Shown: positions 48,310 through 55,933 of the stretch, piece after piece
How the letters are laid out: each line of letters opens with the position of its first letter
Position numbering within the stretch: the first letter of the stretch is position 1
NCBI GenBank assembly: GCA_018970425.1
Contig: JAGWWK010000001.1
Location: forward strand, 49,004 to 113,003
DNA from: Patescibacteria group bacterium
GTDB lineage: Bacteria; Patescibacteriota; Minisyncoccia; Phycocordibacterales; Phycocordibacteraceae
Length of the DNA: 64,000 bases
Direction of reading: 5' to 3'
Notes under the pieces: model-generated
Databases searched by the model: none
Seen by the model: the letters and a program-made list of their open reading frames with translations, nothing else
What the model was told of the DNA's origin: nothing
Translations under genes and position numbers: made by a program

Positions 48310-48753
48310 CTATTGGCAGGGATGTCCGTATTTTTGCTTCAAGCTGGCTAGCTTTTTATACTCTGCATTTCTTTGTTTCACAAGCTCGTTGTATTTTTGT
48401 TCCCACCATGCTTCATTTTCGTCGCCGTAATTCCCTATTCTCCCTTCGTTAGCAATTCGTATACCTTTCTCAAGATCGTCAATTCGAGCTTGAACTCTGC
48501 CAATTTCAGCTCTTCCCCAAAGGATTTCTTGTACGTTGGGGTCACCTGGATTAATGTTGCAGTCAGCGGTCTGCGGCAGATTGTTACGGCCTCCAGCTAT
48601 GTCATCACTCGTACCTGACATTTGCAGGATATCGTCTATGATGCCTGCATTGTATGCGTACGCTAGAAGGACCAGAGTAAAAGTGCCTGCAAACAGTGCA
48701 ATGGGTGCTATTGCGCCCCCTTCGGCAGGGCCTTCTGCGGTGATTGCGCTCAT
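48310..48753 (-). CDS. Hypothetical membrane-anchored secreted protein (147 aa)
   Basis: N-terminal TM, then a polar domain ending in a coiled-coil-like tail. Confidence 0.45.
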   Translation of the reverse strand: MSAITAEGPAEGGAIAPIALFAGTFTLVLLAYAYNAGIIDDILQMSGTSDDIAGGRNNLPQTADCNINPGDPNVQEILWGRAEIGRVQARIDDLEKGIRIANEGRIGNYGDENEAWWEQKYNELVKQRNAEYKKLASLKQKYGHPCQ

Positions 48754-48810
48754 ATAGCGAGCAATTGTACTTGCTCAAGGAGATTTGTCAAGTATGTACT
48801 GAATCAGCTT

Positions 48811-49839
48811 TTACTCTCGAGTAGGAGCGTCTACCAGCGCCGTTTCTACCCCCATAGAGGCGCCCGCGATCTTCAGGACGTCCTTATCTATCTTTTTGAA
48901 CTCTTTTTCGGTCGCATTAAAGTGGTTCACCACCGTGCCAAGCGCATTGCCGAGCTTTGTCTGGTACTCGCGGTATGCCCCAAGATGCTTTGAAAGCTCA
49001 CCCACGTTCTTTACTACGTCTTGTATCTTTTCCTCTATTTGCAAAGACTTGAGTCCCTGGAGCACGGTCTGGAGGTACGCAAGGAACGATGTGGGTGAGA
49101 CAATAATCACCTTTTTACTGAACGCATACTCAATAAGGTCTCGCGTATTCGTCTTTACCGTGCCCACTTGGTTAATGAGGAGGTCGTAGTAAATACCTTC
49201 AGACGGGATAAACATAAAGGCAAAATCCACCGTCCCCTCCGCCGGACGCACATACTTACTGGTCTCGTCGATCCGGTTCTTTAGGTCTCGCTTAAACGCT
49301 TGCTCAAGCTGCGCGCGCTCAGTGGGCTCGCGACTTTCAAGAATGCGGTTGTAGTTTTCAAGACTAAACTTACTATCGATGGGAATGATCTTGTCTTTCA
49401 CAAAGACAACGGCGTCGACGATTTCTCCATTCGGAAAACCGTACTGCATCTCAAAGGAGCCCGGTGGCATCACATTTTGAAGCACAGTCTCCAGGTAATA
49501 CTCGCCTAAAATGCCTCGCTGCTTAGGGTTTTTCAGAATGTCTTGCAGGTTCTGAAGCTGGTCGGCAAACGACACCACTTGCCTGTTGGTCTCATCGAGC
49601 TTCGTGAGGCCTTCCGTCACGTCGCGCACCACGCGGAGCGTGTCAGAAAGTTGCCGCTGAACCGTGTCTTGCACGCGATTAGTAGACTCGCCCACCGCGC
49701 GCTGTAGCTCTGCTATTCGCTCGCTCATGAGATGGAGTCCCTCACCGCCGGCTTGGGGCTTTTGGTTGACAATTACGTACGCGACAAACCCGACGAGGCC
49801 AATGAGTATGATGAGGAGCAGTACGAGAAATAGTTCCAT
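48811..49839 (-). CDS. rmuC: DNA recombination protein RmuC
   Basis: N-terminal TM, coiled coil, C-terminal RmuC nuclease-like region (DSKFSLENY, FMFIPSEGIYY). TATAAT sits 6 nt upstream of the ATG at 49839. Confidence 0.8.
   Translation of the reverse strand: MELFLVLLLIILIGLVGFVAYVIVNQKPQAGGEGLHLMSERIAELQRAVGESTNRVQDTVQRQLSDTLRVVRDVTEGLTKLDETNRQVVSFADQLQNLQDILKNPKQRGILGEYYLETVLQNVMPPGSFEMQYGFPNGEIVDAVVFVKDKIIPIDSKFSLENYNRILESREPTERAQLEQAFKRDLKNRIDETSKYVRPAEGTVDFAFMFIPSEGIYYDLLINQVGTVKTNTRDLIEYAFSKKVIIVSPTSFLAYLQTVLQGLKSLQIEEKIQDVVKNVGELSKHLGAYREYQTKLGNALGTVVNHFNATEKEFKKIDKDVLKIAGASMGVETALVDAPTRE
49697..49754. repeat. 58-bp direct repeat copy 1, inside rmuC codons
   Basis: 56/58 identical to 50241..50298. 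Confidence 0.8.
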
Positions 49840-49845
49840 AGTGCA

Positions 49846-49851
49846 ATTATA
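49846..49851 (-). promoter_or_regulatory. -10 box TATAAT 6 nt upstream of the rmuC ATG
   Basis: Minus strand reads TATAAT-tgcact-ATG. Confidence 0.45.
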
Positions 49852-49869
49852 ACGTAGCAGTGTGGAGTA

Positions 49870-49898
49870 TTGACAAATTACTAATTGTAAATTATAAT
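49870..49898 (+). promoter_or_regulatory. Consensus sigma70 promoter TTGACA-N17-TATAAT, 6 nt upstream of the ATG at 49905
   Basis: Both hexamers perfect and spacer 17 nt, read directly. Confidence 0.6.
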
Positions 49899-49904
49899 GT
49901 TTGC

Positions 49905-50213
49905 ATGTATACAAATCCCGAAGCAAAAAAGAACGCTACTGAGCGCATTACAAATGCTGACTTTTTGAAACGAAGTGGGCTCACAGTCATTGCAGTCTCC
50001 GTGCTTACCGGTATCGGTGCACTCTCCGAAATTTTTGAAGCGACGGATTTGATTGATTTCACTGTAGCTCTTGGTCTCAAAACGAGTCCTATCGACCTAG
50101 AGTATATAGCTGGTGGTGCATCTGTTTTAGGCATTCTCATCGGTGGGCTTATAATGCGGTTCGCATCTAACGGCGCACGCAGATGGAAACAAGTGCGTGA
50201 CAGCTACAATTAG
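49905..50213 (+). CDS. Small hypothetical membrane protein (102 aa)
   Basis: Two hydrophobic helices. Consensus promoter immediately upstream. A hairpin GACGGAC...GTCCGTC follows the stop. Confidence 0.45.
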   Translation: MYTNPEAKKNATERITNADFLKRSGLTVIAVSVLTGIGALSEIFEATDLIDFTVALGLKTSPIDLEYIAGGASVLGILIGGLIMRFASNGARRWKQVRDSYN

Positions 50214-50240
50214 GACGGACGCGCATGTCGAGTCCGTCAT

Positions 50241-50298
50241 GCGCGCTGTAGCTCTGCTATTCGCTCGCTCATGAGCTGGAGTCCTTCACCGCCGGCTT
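50241..50298. repeat. 58-bp direct repeat copy 2, intergenic, preceded by a hairpin at 50214..50238
   Basis: gcgcgctgtagctctgctattcgctcgctcatgagCtggagtccTtcaccgccggctt. Confidence 0.8.
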
Positions 50299-50353
50299 AG
50301 TGATGAGGAGCACTAAAAGAGCGATATCCATAGATGCGATTGTAGCATCATGC

Positions 50354-50359
50354 TACACT
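50354..50359 (+). promoter_or_regulatory. -10 box TACACT 6 nt upstream of the ATG at 50366
   Basis: TACACT-tgctgc-ATG. Confidence 0.4.
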
Positions 50360-50365
50360 TGCTGC

Positions 50366-50818
50366 ATGTTGCAGGATCAAATAGGCGCCGACCTTGTCGC
50401 CGCAATGAAAGCAAAAGACGCGCTCCGCGTAGAAGTTTTTCGCGGCCTAAAGGCGGCGTTCGTAAATGAGCTCGTCGCTACAAAGCGCATGCCGACTGAT
50501 CCTCTACCTGACGAGGATGCTGTCACGGTACTTAAACGCGAGGTTAAAAAGCGCAAGGAGGCCGCTGACGCGTTTCGCGGCGGTAACCGAGCTGAACTTG
50601 CCGCTAAGGAAGACGCCGAACGAGTGATCCTAGAGGCCTACCTTCCGGAAACAATGCCGAAGGCCGAGATACTCAAGTTTGCACTGGCAAAGAAGCTCGA
50701 GCTCGGCCTCACTGATAAAAAAGAAATGGGTAAGTTTATGGGCCTTATCATGAAGGAGCTGGGCGGAAAAGCAGATGGTGCCGATGTCCGCGATGTCGTG
50801 GCAGGACTTTTTCTCTAG
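50366..50818 (+). CDS. GatB/YqeY domain protein
   Basis: KDALRVEVFRGLKAA...REVKKRKEAADAFRGGNRAELAAKEDAE...MGKFMGLIMKELGGKADG. Confidence 0.8.
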   Translation: MLQDQIGADLVAAMKAKDALRVEVFRGLKAAFVNELVATKRMPTDPLPDEDAVTVLKREVKKRKEAADAFRGGNRAELAAKEDAERVILEAYLPETMPKAEILKFALAKKLELGLTDKKEMGKFMGLIMKELGGKADGADVRDVVAGLFL

Positions 50819-50877
50819 TACAAGCATCTACTCTGTCGTTCCGTCGTTCGATTCCCTGCATAGTGCCAGTGGGTACT

Positions 50878-50900
50878 AAAAACCAGAGATGCTCTGGTTT
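50878..50900 (-). terminator. Rho-independent terminator downstream of tRNA-Glu
   Basis: Minus strand reads AAACCAGAG-cat-CTCTGGTTT, followed by TTTAG. Confidence 0.5.
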
Positions 50901-50910
50901 AGTGAATCCA

Positions 50911-50982
50911 TGACCCTACAGGGAATCGAACCCTGGTTTTAGCCTTGAGAAGGCCACGTCCTAGCCGCTAGACGATAGGGCC
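50911..50982 (-). tRNA. tRNA-Glu (anticodon CUC), CCA not encoded
   Basis: Folded by hand. Acceptor GGCCCTA/TAGGGTC, D-arm GTCT/GGAC, anticodon stem TGGCC/GGCTA with loop TTCTCAA, T-arm CAGGG-TTCGATT-CCCTG. Confidence 0.8.
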
Positions 50983-51078
50983 GCAGTTTTTTTATAGCAC
51001 AAACTGGGAGCTGTTGCCATAGGACTTGAAGAAAAGCCGAGGAATGTGAGTGTCTGTTTGTTAATGGCTACGAAGCCG

Positions 51079-52368
51079 CTACCGCACAAGCCACTCAGCG
51101 TCCTGGCGGCAGACGAGCTCTTTCGCACGCTCGGGCTCTGCCATCAGCGCCTTGACGACGCGTTCCATCCGCATGCCTTGCGAACCCTTCGCGAGCACAA
51201 TGTCCCCTGCCCCAACCATGCGCTCAAGGTGCTGCGCCGCGTCGAGTGCCGTATCAAATGAAAGCACGCTCTCTGGCGCCATACCTGAAGCGCGAGCGGC
51301 ATCCGCTATTTTCCGCGCGCGTACACCAACCGTGAGCACTATGTCAGCGGACCGCGCAGCGAGTGCGCCGGCTTTCTCATGTTCATCCGGGGAGTACGCG
51401 CCAAGTTCAAGCATGTCGGCAAGTACTGCAATGCGCCGTCCCGTGTGCGGAATTTCGGCAAGCGTTTCAAGCGCAGCAGTTACCGCCGCGGGCGAGGCGT
51501 TGTAAGTGTCGTCAATCAGCATACTGCCGTGCACGCCTTCAATGAGACGCATACGGCTCGGTGGCTCCTCGTACTCTGCTAGGCCACGCGCCGCGACCTC
51601 GAGTGGCACTTCAGCGGCAAGGGCTCCTGCTATGGCACCAAGGGCAGCGTACGCATGTCCGCGGCCAGTGACTCCCGGGAGTACGACATGCACCTTTTCC
51701 CCAAGAAATGAAACATCAAATGAAATACCGCGCGGAAGCCTGTCCTCCGTGAGTGTTTTAAACCGGGACGCACGCACATGCGCTTTGGGATGAAACCCGT
51801 AGGTCAGGCGATCGACGCCGTCCGCGAGGGGTACGGCTATAACAGATTCGTCATCAGCGTTAACGACTGCAACCCCTCCAGGGAGGAGCCATGAAAGCGG
51901 CGCCAACTCCTCGGCGCGTACCGCCTCGGGTGAATCATAGAACTCAACATGGACTGGTACCGCGGGAAAGCGAGTCGCCACTACGATGCGCGGTCGGAGC
52001 CACGCAAGCGATGTGGTGATGTCGCCTGGTCGGTCAGCGCCTACCTCGACAATCAGCCACTCTGGGTACGGCGCCCGGATAAGGACGAGGAGCGCGCCCT
52101 CAATCATATTGCGGATCCAGCGGAGCGGATTGCCCCACCCGTTCGGGACTCCGAGAACTGCGAGCGGTACCCCAATGTCTGAATTAAAGCTTTTCTGGCT
52201 CTTCCGCACGAAGAACTTTGGCTTCATAGTGGCGAAGAGCGCGTCCTTGGTGCTTGTTTTGCCCACCGAGCCAGTAACGAGTATGATGCGTGGCTGGTAC
52301 CTGCGCACAACCGCACGCGCAAGCATGGTCATAACTGTAACTACTGCGCGCCTGATTAGATCTTTCAT
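51079..52368 (-). CDS. murF: UDP-MurNAc-tripeptide:D-Ala-D-Ala ligase MurF
   Basis: Mur ligase P-loop GSVGKTSTKD and C-terminal IDDTYNASPAAV. Confidence 0.9.
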   Translation of the reverse strand: MKDLIRRAVVTVMTMLARAVVRRYQPRIILVTGSVGKTSTKDALFATMKPKFFVRKSQKSFNSDIGVPLAVLGVPNGWGNPLRWIRNMIEGALLVLIRAPYPEWLIVEVGADRPGDITTSLAWLRPRIVVATRFPAVPVHVEFYDSPEAVRAEELAPLSWLLPGGVAVVNADDESVIAVPLADGVDRLTYGFHPKAHVRASRFKTLTEDRLPRGISFDVSFLGEKVHVVLPGVTGRGHAYAALGAIAGALAAEVPLEVAARGLAEYEEPPSRMRLIEGVHGSMLIDDTYNASPAAVTAALETLAEIPHTGRRIAVLADMLELGAYSPDEHEKAGALAARSADIVLTVGVRARKIADAARASGMAPESVLSFDTALDAAQHLERMVGAGDIVLAKGSQGMRMERVVKALMAEPERAKELVCRQDAEWLVR

Positions 52369-54110
52369 AGTGTCGACACCGGCGTTGTGGTCGCGCGATC
52401 ATACGGAACGCCGTAGTAGGTCATAAGAAATGTTGTCAAATTAAAGAATGGGTCAGTCCATGTCTCTGAAGCGTACTTGGCTCCTTGTGGCTCAACAGAA
52501 TACAGAAAGACGAGGAACCGCGCATCGTATGCAGGAAAGTAGCCGAAGAACGAGTGCAAGTACCTGTCCGCATAGTACCCTCCGCGTTCAGGGTCAGCAA
52601 TCTGTGCTGTCCCCGTTTTTGCGGCAACCGAAAGCTCAGGAATTTTTTTTCCACCGCCGCGGAGCGCAGTGTCTACCACTTTAACCAGCATAGTAGTAAC
52701 CTCATGCGCGCTTTCTTGCCGGATGGCCTGCCGTGGCGGCGCCCACCCAAGAGGTTTTGAAATGCCGCCCGGATACTCAAGTGAAACCGCGACGTGCGGC
52801 TGTGGCACCTGGCCGCGATTAGCGAGGGTTGCGAGCGCGCGAGTCATCGCTATGGGACTAATGGCGACTCCCTGGCCGTACCCAGCCGTTATGTACTCCA
52901 CGATTCGCGGCGACTCAAGGTTACGGACGAGCGGCGTCGCTTCGCTCGGCAGATCAATACCTGTCTCCTCCGTGATGCCGAACCGCTGCAGGTAGTCGCG
53001 CATAGTAGTCGGCCCCATTTTCTCAACAATGTGCGCGATGCCGATGTTCAGCGATTGACTCAAGACTTCCTGCATAGGTACAACTCCTCGCGCTTTTCCG
53101 TCAAAGTTCCGAATGGTTTTCTTGTCTATCGTGAGGATTCCCGTGTCATTGTACGTTGTCTCCGGAGTCACGACGTTTGCGTCGAGCGCCGCTGCCATCG
53201 TTATTGGCTTCATCGTCGATCCGAACTCTAAAACGCTACTAACCAGCGGGTTAGTAAGCGCATTAGGATCTGCGTTCTTGATGTCATTAGGATCATAGGT
53301 CGGCAACGATGCCATCGCGAGAATTGCACCAGTCTGCGGATCCATAATGATGCCGCCCAGCGTCCGCGGCTGCCACGCCTCAGCATACGCTTTCAGCGTG
53401 TCCTCAAGGTAGCGCTGCACCGTTGGCTCTAGCGCAGTCACTACGTCCCCGCCCGCCTCGCGTCCAGCTGGCGTGAGTCGCTTAGACACATCAGACACGA
53501 GATCTGCCACGAAGCTTCGCGACTTTGCAGCGTCAGCGCGAGAAAGGACTGGGTCATAGGTGCGCTCTAGGCCGTAGCGTCCTTCAAATGTTCTTCCATC
53601 CTCCGCGTATCCGAGAAAGCCGATTTCATGCGCCGCAAGCGTGCCTGCGGGGTAAAAGCGCCACCGATCCCTGACAGGTAAAACTCCGCGTACCTCGAGC
53701 GCGCTTAACGCCTGACCGGCTTCTTCATCAACGCGGCGCGAGATCTCCTCATAGGTGTCGCGCGAGCGCGCAGCAGCGGCCAGGAACTGCTCGCGGTCGA
53801 TAGCCGGAAGCACAGACTGCACGCGAGTGTATGCCAGATTCGCGTCCTCAATGAATGCGGGCTGAATAGCGAGCGTGTAGCCACTCTGGAGCGTCGCGAC
53901 AGGAATGCGCGTACCGTCTTTCTGCGTAAAATAAATGGTACCGCGGTGGAGCGCAGAGCCCACTGGAGCTACATTTTGATCATCGACCTGAGTGCGGAGC
54001 TCACTCCCATGCAAAATCTGCAGCGTGTACAGCTTCGCGACGATGACGAGCGCGAGCGCCATCAGCGCGAGCGCGATAATCCTAATGCGAAATCGAAATT
54101 TAGCGCGCAT
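52365..54110 (-). CDS. ftsI: Division transpeptidase PBP3/FtsI
   Basis: N-terminal TM, GSTMKP (SxxK), SQSLN (SxN), KTGTA. Lies between ftsL and murF. Start set at the ATG at 54110; the ORF-track start is 54146. Confidence 0.88.
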   Translation of the reverse strand: MRAKFRFRIRIIALALMALALVIVAKLYTLQILHGSELRTQVDDQNVAPVGSALHRGTIYFTQKDGTRIPVATLQSGYTLAIQPAFIEDANLAYTRVQSVLPAIDREQFLAAAARSRDTYEEISRRVDEEAGQALSALEVRGVLPVRDRWRFYPAGTLAAHEIGFLGYAEDGRTFEGRYGLERTYDPVLSRADAAKSRSFVADLVSDVSKRLTPAGREAGGDVVTALEPTVQRYLEDTLKAYAEAWQPRTLGGIIMDPQTGAILAMASLPTYDPNDIKNADPNALTNPLVSSVLEFGSTMKPITMAAALDANVVTPETTYNDTGILTIDKKTIRNFDGKARGVVPMQEVLSQSLNIGIAHIVEKMGPTTMRDYLQRFGITEETGIDLPSEATPLVRNLESPRIVEYITAGYGQGVAISPIAMTRALATLANRGQVPQPHVAVSLEYPGGISKPLGWAPPRQAIRQESAHEVTTMLVKVVDTALRGGGKKIPELSVAAKTGTAQIADPERGGYYADRYLHSFFGYFPAYDARFLVFLYSVEPQGAKYASETWTDPFFNLTTFLMTYYGVPYDRATTTPVSTL

Positions 54111-54468
54111 GCTCCGCGTACGAGAGCGTCGCCGGAGCTTGTACAAAGACCCGATCCGTCACTGGCTGAAAGCCGAGCGAGCGCGCGTACTCTTCAGTTA
54201 TACCACTCCGAGCCGCGAGCACGCTGCCCTCAAGGGAGGCTCGCTCCGCGCTCAAGAGCTGTACCGAGCTCTGAGCCGATTCGCGAAAAGATCCCTCCGC
54301 GATAGATGAAACAATTGCATAGCCATAGAGGACGCACGACAAAAGTATGAACGCTCCGGCCGTACACACCGCGATTCGCTCGCGCTTTAAAGGGTCTGCA
54401 ATCGGCCGAGCGACTGCAGTGAACGGTAACTGCTTCTGAGCGAATGACACCTTGGTACGACTAGGCAT
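54100..54468 (-). CDS. ftsL: FtsL-like small bitopic division protein
   Basis: Single TM plus coiled coil. Sits between rsmH and ftsI. Confidence 0.6.
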   Translation of the reverse strand: MPSRTKVSFAQKQLPFTAVARPIADPLKRERIAVCTAGAFILLSCVLYGYAIVSSIAEGSFRESAQSSVQLLSAERASLEGSVLAARSGITEEYARSLGFQPVTDRVFVQAPATLSYAEHAR

Positions 54469-55354
54469 GTTTTTGAAATATTCTTAATTTTGCTGACCGT
54501 GCGCGCGGATTCTCGCGGGCTTCTCCGCGAGTCGGCACGATCGGCGACTTTGTAATAATCGAGCCTCGCCCCGCGAGCGCCGCCGCTTTGAAGGCGTGCT
54601 TCACGATACGATCCTCGTTCGAATGAAAGCTGATGATGGCAACGCGTCCTCCCGGCGCAAGCAGGTCAAGCGCGGCAGCAATACCATCCTGAAGCGCACC
54701 CAACTCATCATTGACCGCGACGCGGAGTGCTTGAAACACTTTAGTCGCGGGGTGTATCCGGCCCCGGCGCGCGAGCGCGGGTACAGCCGCCCACACGATC
54801 TCCGCTAGTTGCTTTGCGGTCTCTATCGCATGCACCTTTCGAGCTTCAACAATCGCGCGCGCAATGCGGCCGGGAAAGCGCTCGCCGTTCTCTTTAAAGA
54901 GCGCGGCAAGCTCCGCTTCTTTCATATCGCGGACGATGTCTCGCGCCGTCAGCTGGTATGCCTCGGGTGCAGCGTTCAGCGTCATGAGGAGCGGCGCATC
55001 TTCCTTGAAGGAAAGTCCGCGGCCTGAGTCGAGCTGTCCCGCATGCCATCCGAGGTCAAAAAGTATGCCGTCCGCACTGGTGATACCCGCGCGTTCAGCG
55101 TGTTCTTTGAGTGCGCGAAAGTTTCCGTTCACAAAAATGAGATGCGCCGGCGCTCCGGCGGTTGCCTCGCGAGCGCGCGTGATCGATGCCGGGTCAGCGT
55201 CGAGCGCGAGTACCGTTCCGCGCTCGCCTACGGCCTCGGCAAGTGCGCGAGTATGTCCACCCTGCCCCGCCGTTGCGTCGATGACAACCGCTTTCTGCTT
55301 GAGCTCGAGCCCCTTGATCGATTCCTGCATAAGAACGGTTGTGTGGCGCTCCAT
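54461..55354 (-). CDS. rsmH: 16S rRNA m4C1402 methyltransferase RsmH (MraW)
   Basis: HTTVLMQESI...DATAGQGGH. Confidence 0.95.
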   Translation of the reverse strand: MERHTTVLMQESIKGLELKQKAVVIDATAGQGGHTRALAEAVGERGTVLALDADPASITRAREATAGAPAHLIFVNGNFRALKEHAERAGITSADGILFDLGWHAGQLDSGRGLSFKEDAPLLMTLNAAPEAYQLTARDIVRDMKEAELAALFKENGERFPGRIARAIVEARKVHAIETAKQLAEIVWAAVPALARRGRIHPATKVFQALRVAVNDELGALQDGIAAALDLLAPGGRVAIISFHSNEDRIVKHAFKAAALAGRGSIITKSPIVPTRGEARENPRARSAKLRIFQKHA

Positions 55355-55358
55355 ACGG

Positions 55359-55793
55359 TTATAGCGCGCCTACCGCGCTCAGTCTCTCGGCCATCTGCTC
55401 ACCCTCGCCTTCAATACGCTTTGTGTACTTGGTCCAGGCCGCATGGTCCCACACCTCAACACGGTCACCGACACCTGCAAACACCACCTTGCTTGAAAGC
55501 TGGGCAAATTGCTTGAGATGCTCTGGGATCAGGACTCTGCCTGAAGCATCAGCCGCGAGCGGTGCCGCGCCTGAGAGAAGAAAACGAACAAATCCACGCG
55601 AGTCGCCTGCTCCCATTGATAGCGTGGCAGTTTTTGCAAGGATCGCCTTCCATGAAGCTGCGGAGTAGATGCACAAGCATTGATCAAGGCCGCGTGTAAT
55701 CACCGCACCTTTCCCAAGCTGTGTACGGAAGGACGCGGGGAGCGACAGTCTCTTTTTCTCGTCGAGCGTGTGCGTGTACTCGCCGATCAGCAT
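55359..55793 (-). CDS. mraZ: Transcriptional regulator MraZ
   Basis: MLIGEYTHTLDEKKRLSLPA, tandem MraZ domains. Confidence 0.9.
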   Translation of the reverse strand: MLIGEYTHTLDEKKRLSLPASFRTQLGKGAVITRGLDQCLCIYSAASWKAILAKTATLSMGAGDSRGFVRFLLSGAAPLAADASGRVLIPEHLKQFAQLSSKVVFAGVGDRVEVWDHAAWTKYTKRIEGEGEQMAERLSAVGAL

Positions 55794-55799
55794 GTTTCT

Positions 55800-55851
55800 A
55801 GTATATCCCACTTTATCCCACTTCGTGCCACGAACCGCCACTTATCCCCAG
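55800..55851 (-). promoter_or_regulatory. mraZ leaderless promoter with an MraZ-box array: five 10-bp-phased GTGGN repeats overlapping TATACT
   Basis: Minus strand reads GTGGCGGTTC GTGGCACGAA GTGGGATAAA GTGGGATATA CT-agaaac-ATG. Confidence 0.6.
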
Positions 55852-55933
55852 AAATATGCCACTCTTTCCCAATACAAAAACGCCTGTCTACCGCAGACCG
55901 CCTCGAAGCGCGATTCGCGCGCCAAATACTCAG

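Noticed and set aside
50795-50868. Possible complete plus-strand tRNA ending at the CCA at 50868
   Set aside because: No 5' acceptor strand complementary to CATAGTG, and no D or anticodon arms can be drawn from the upstream sequence, which is the 3' end of the yqeY CDS. Only a 3'-half-like fragment exists.
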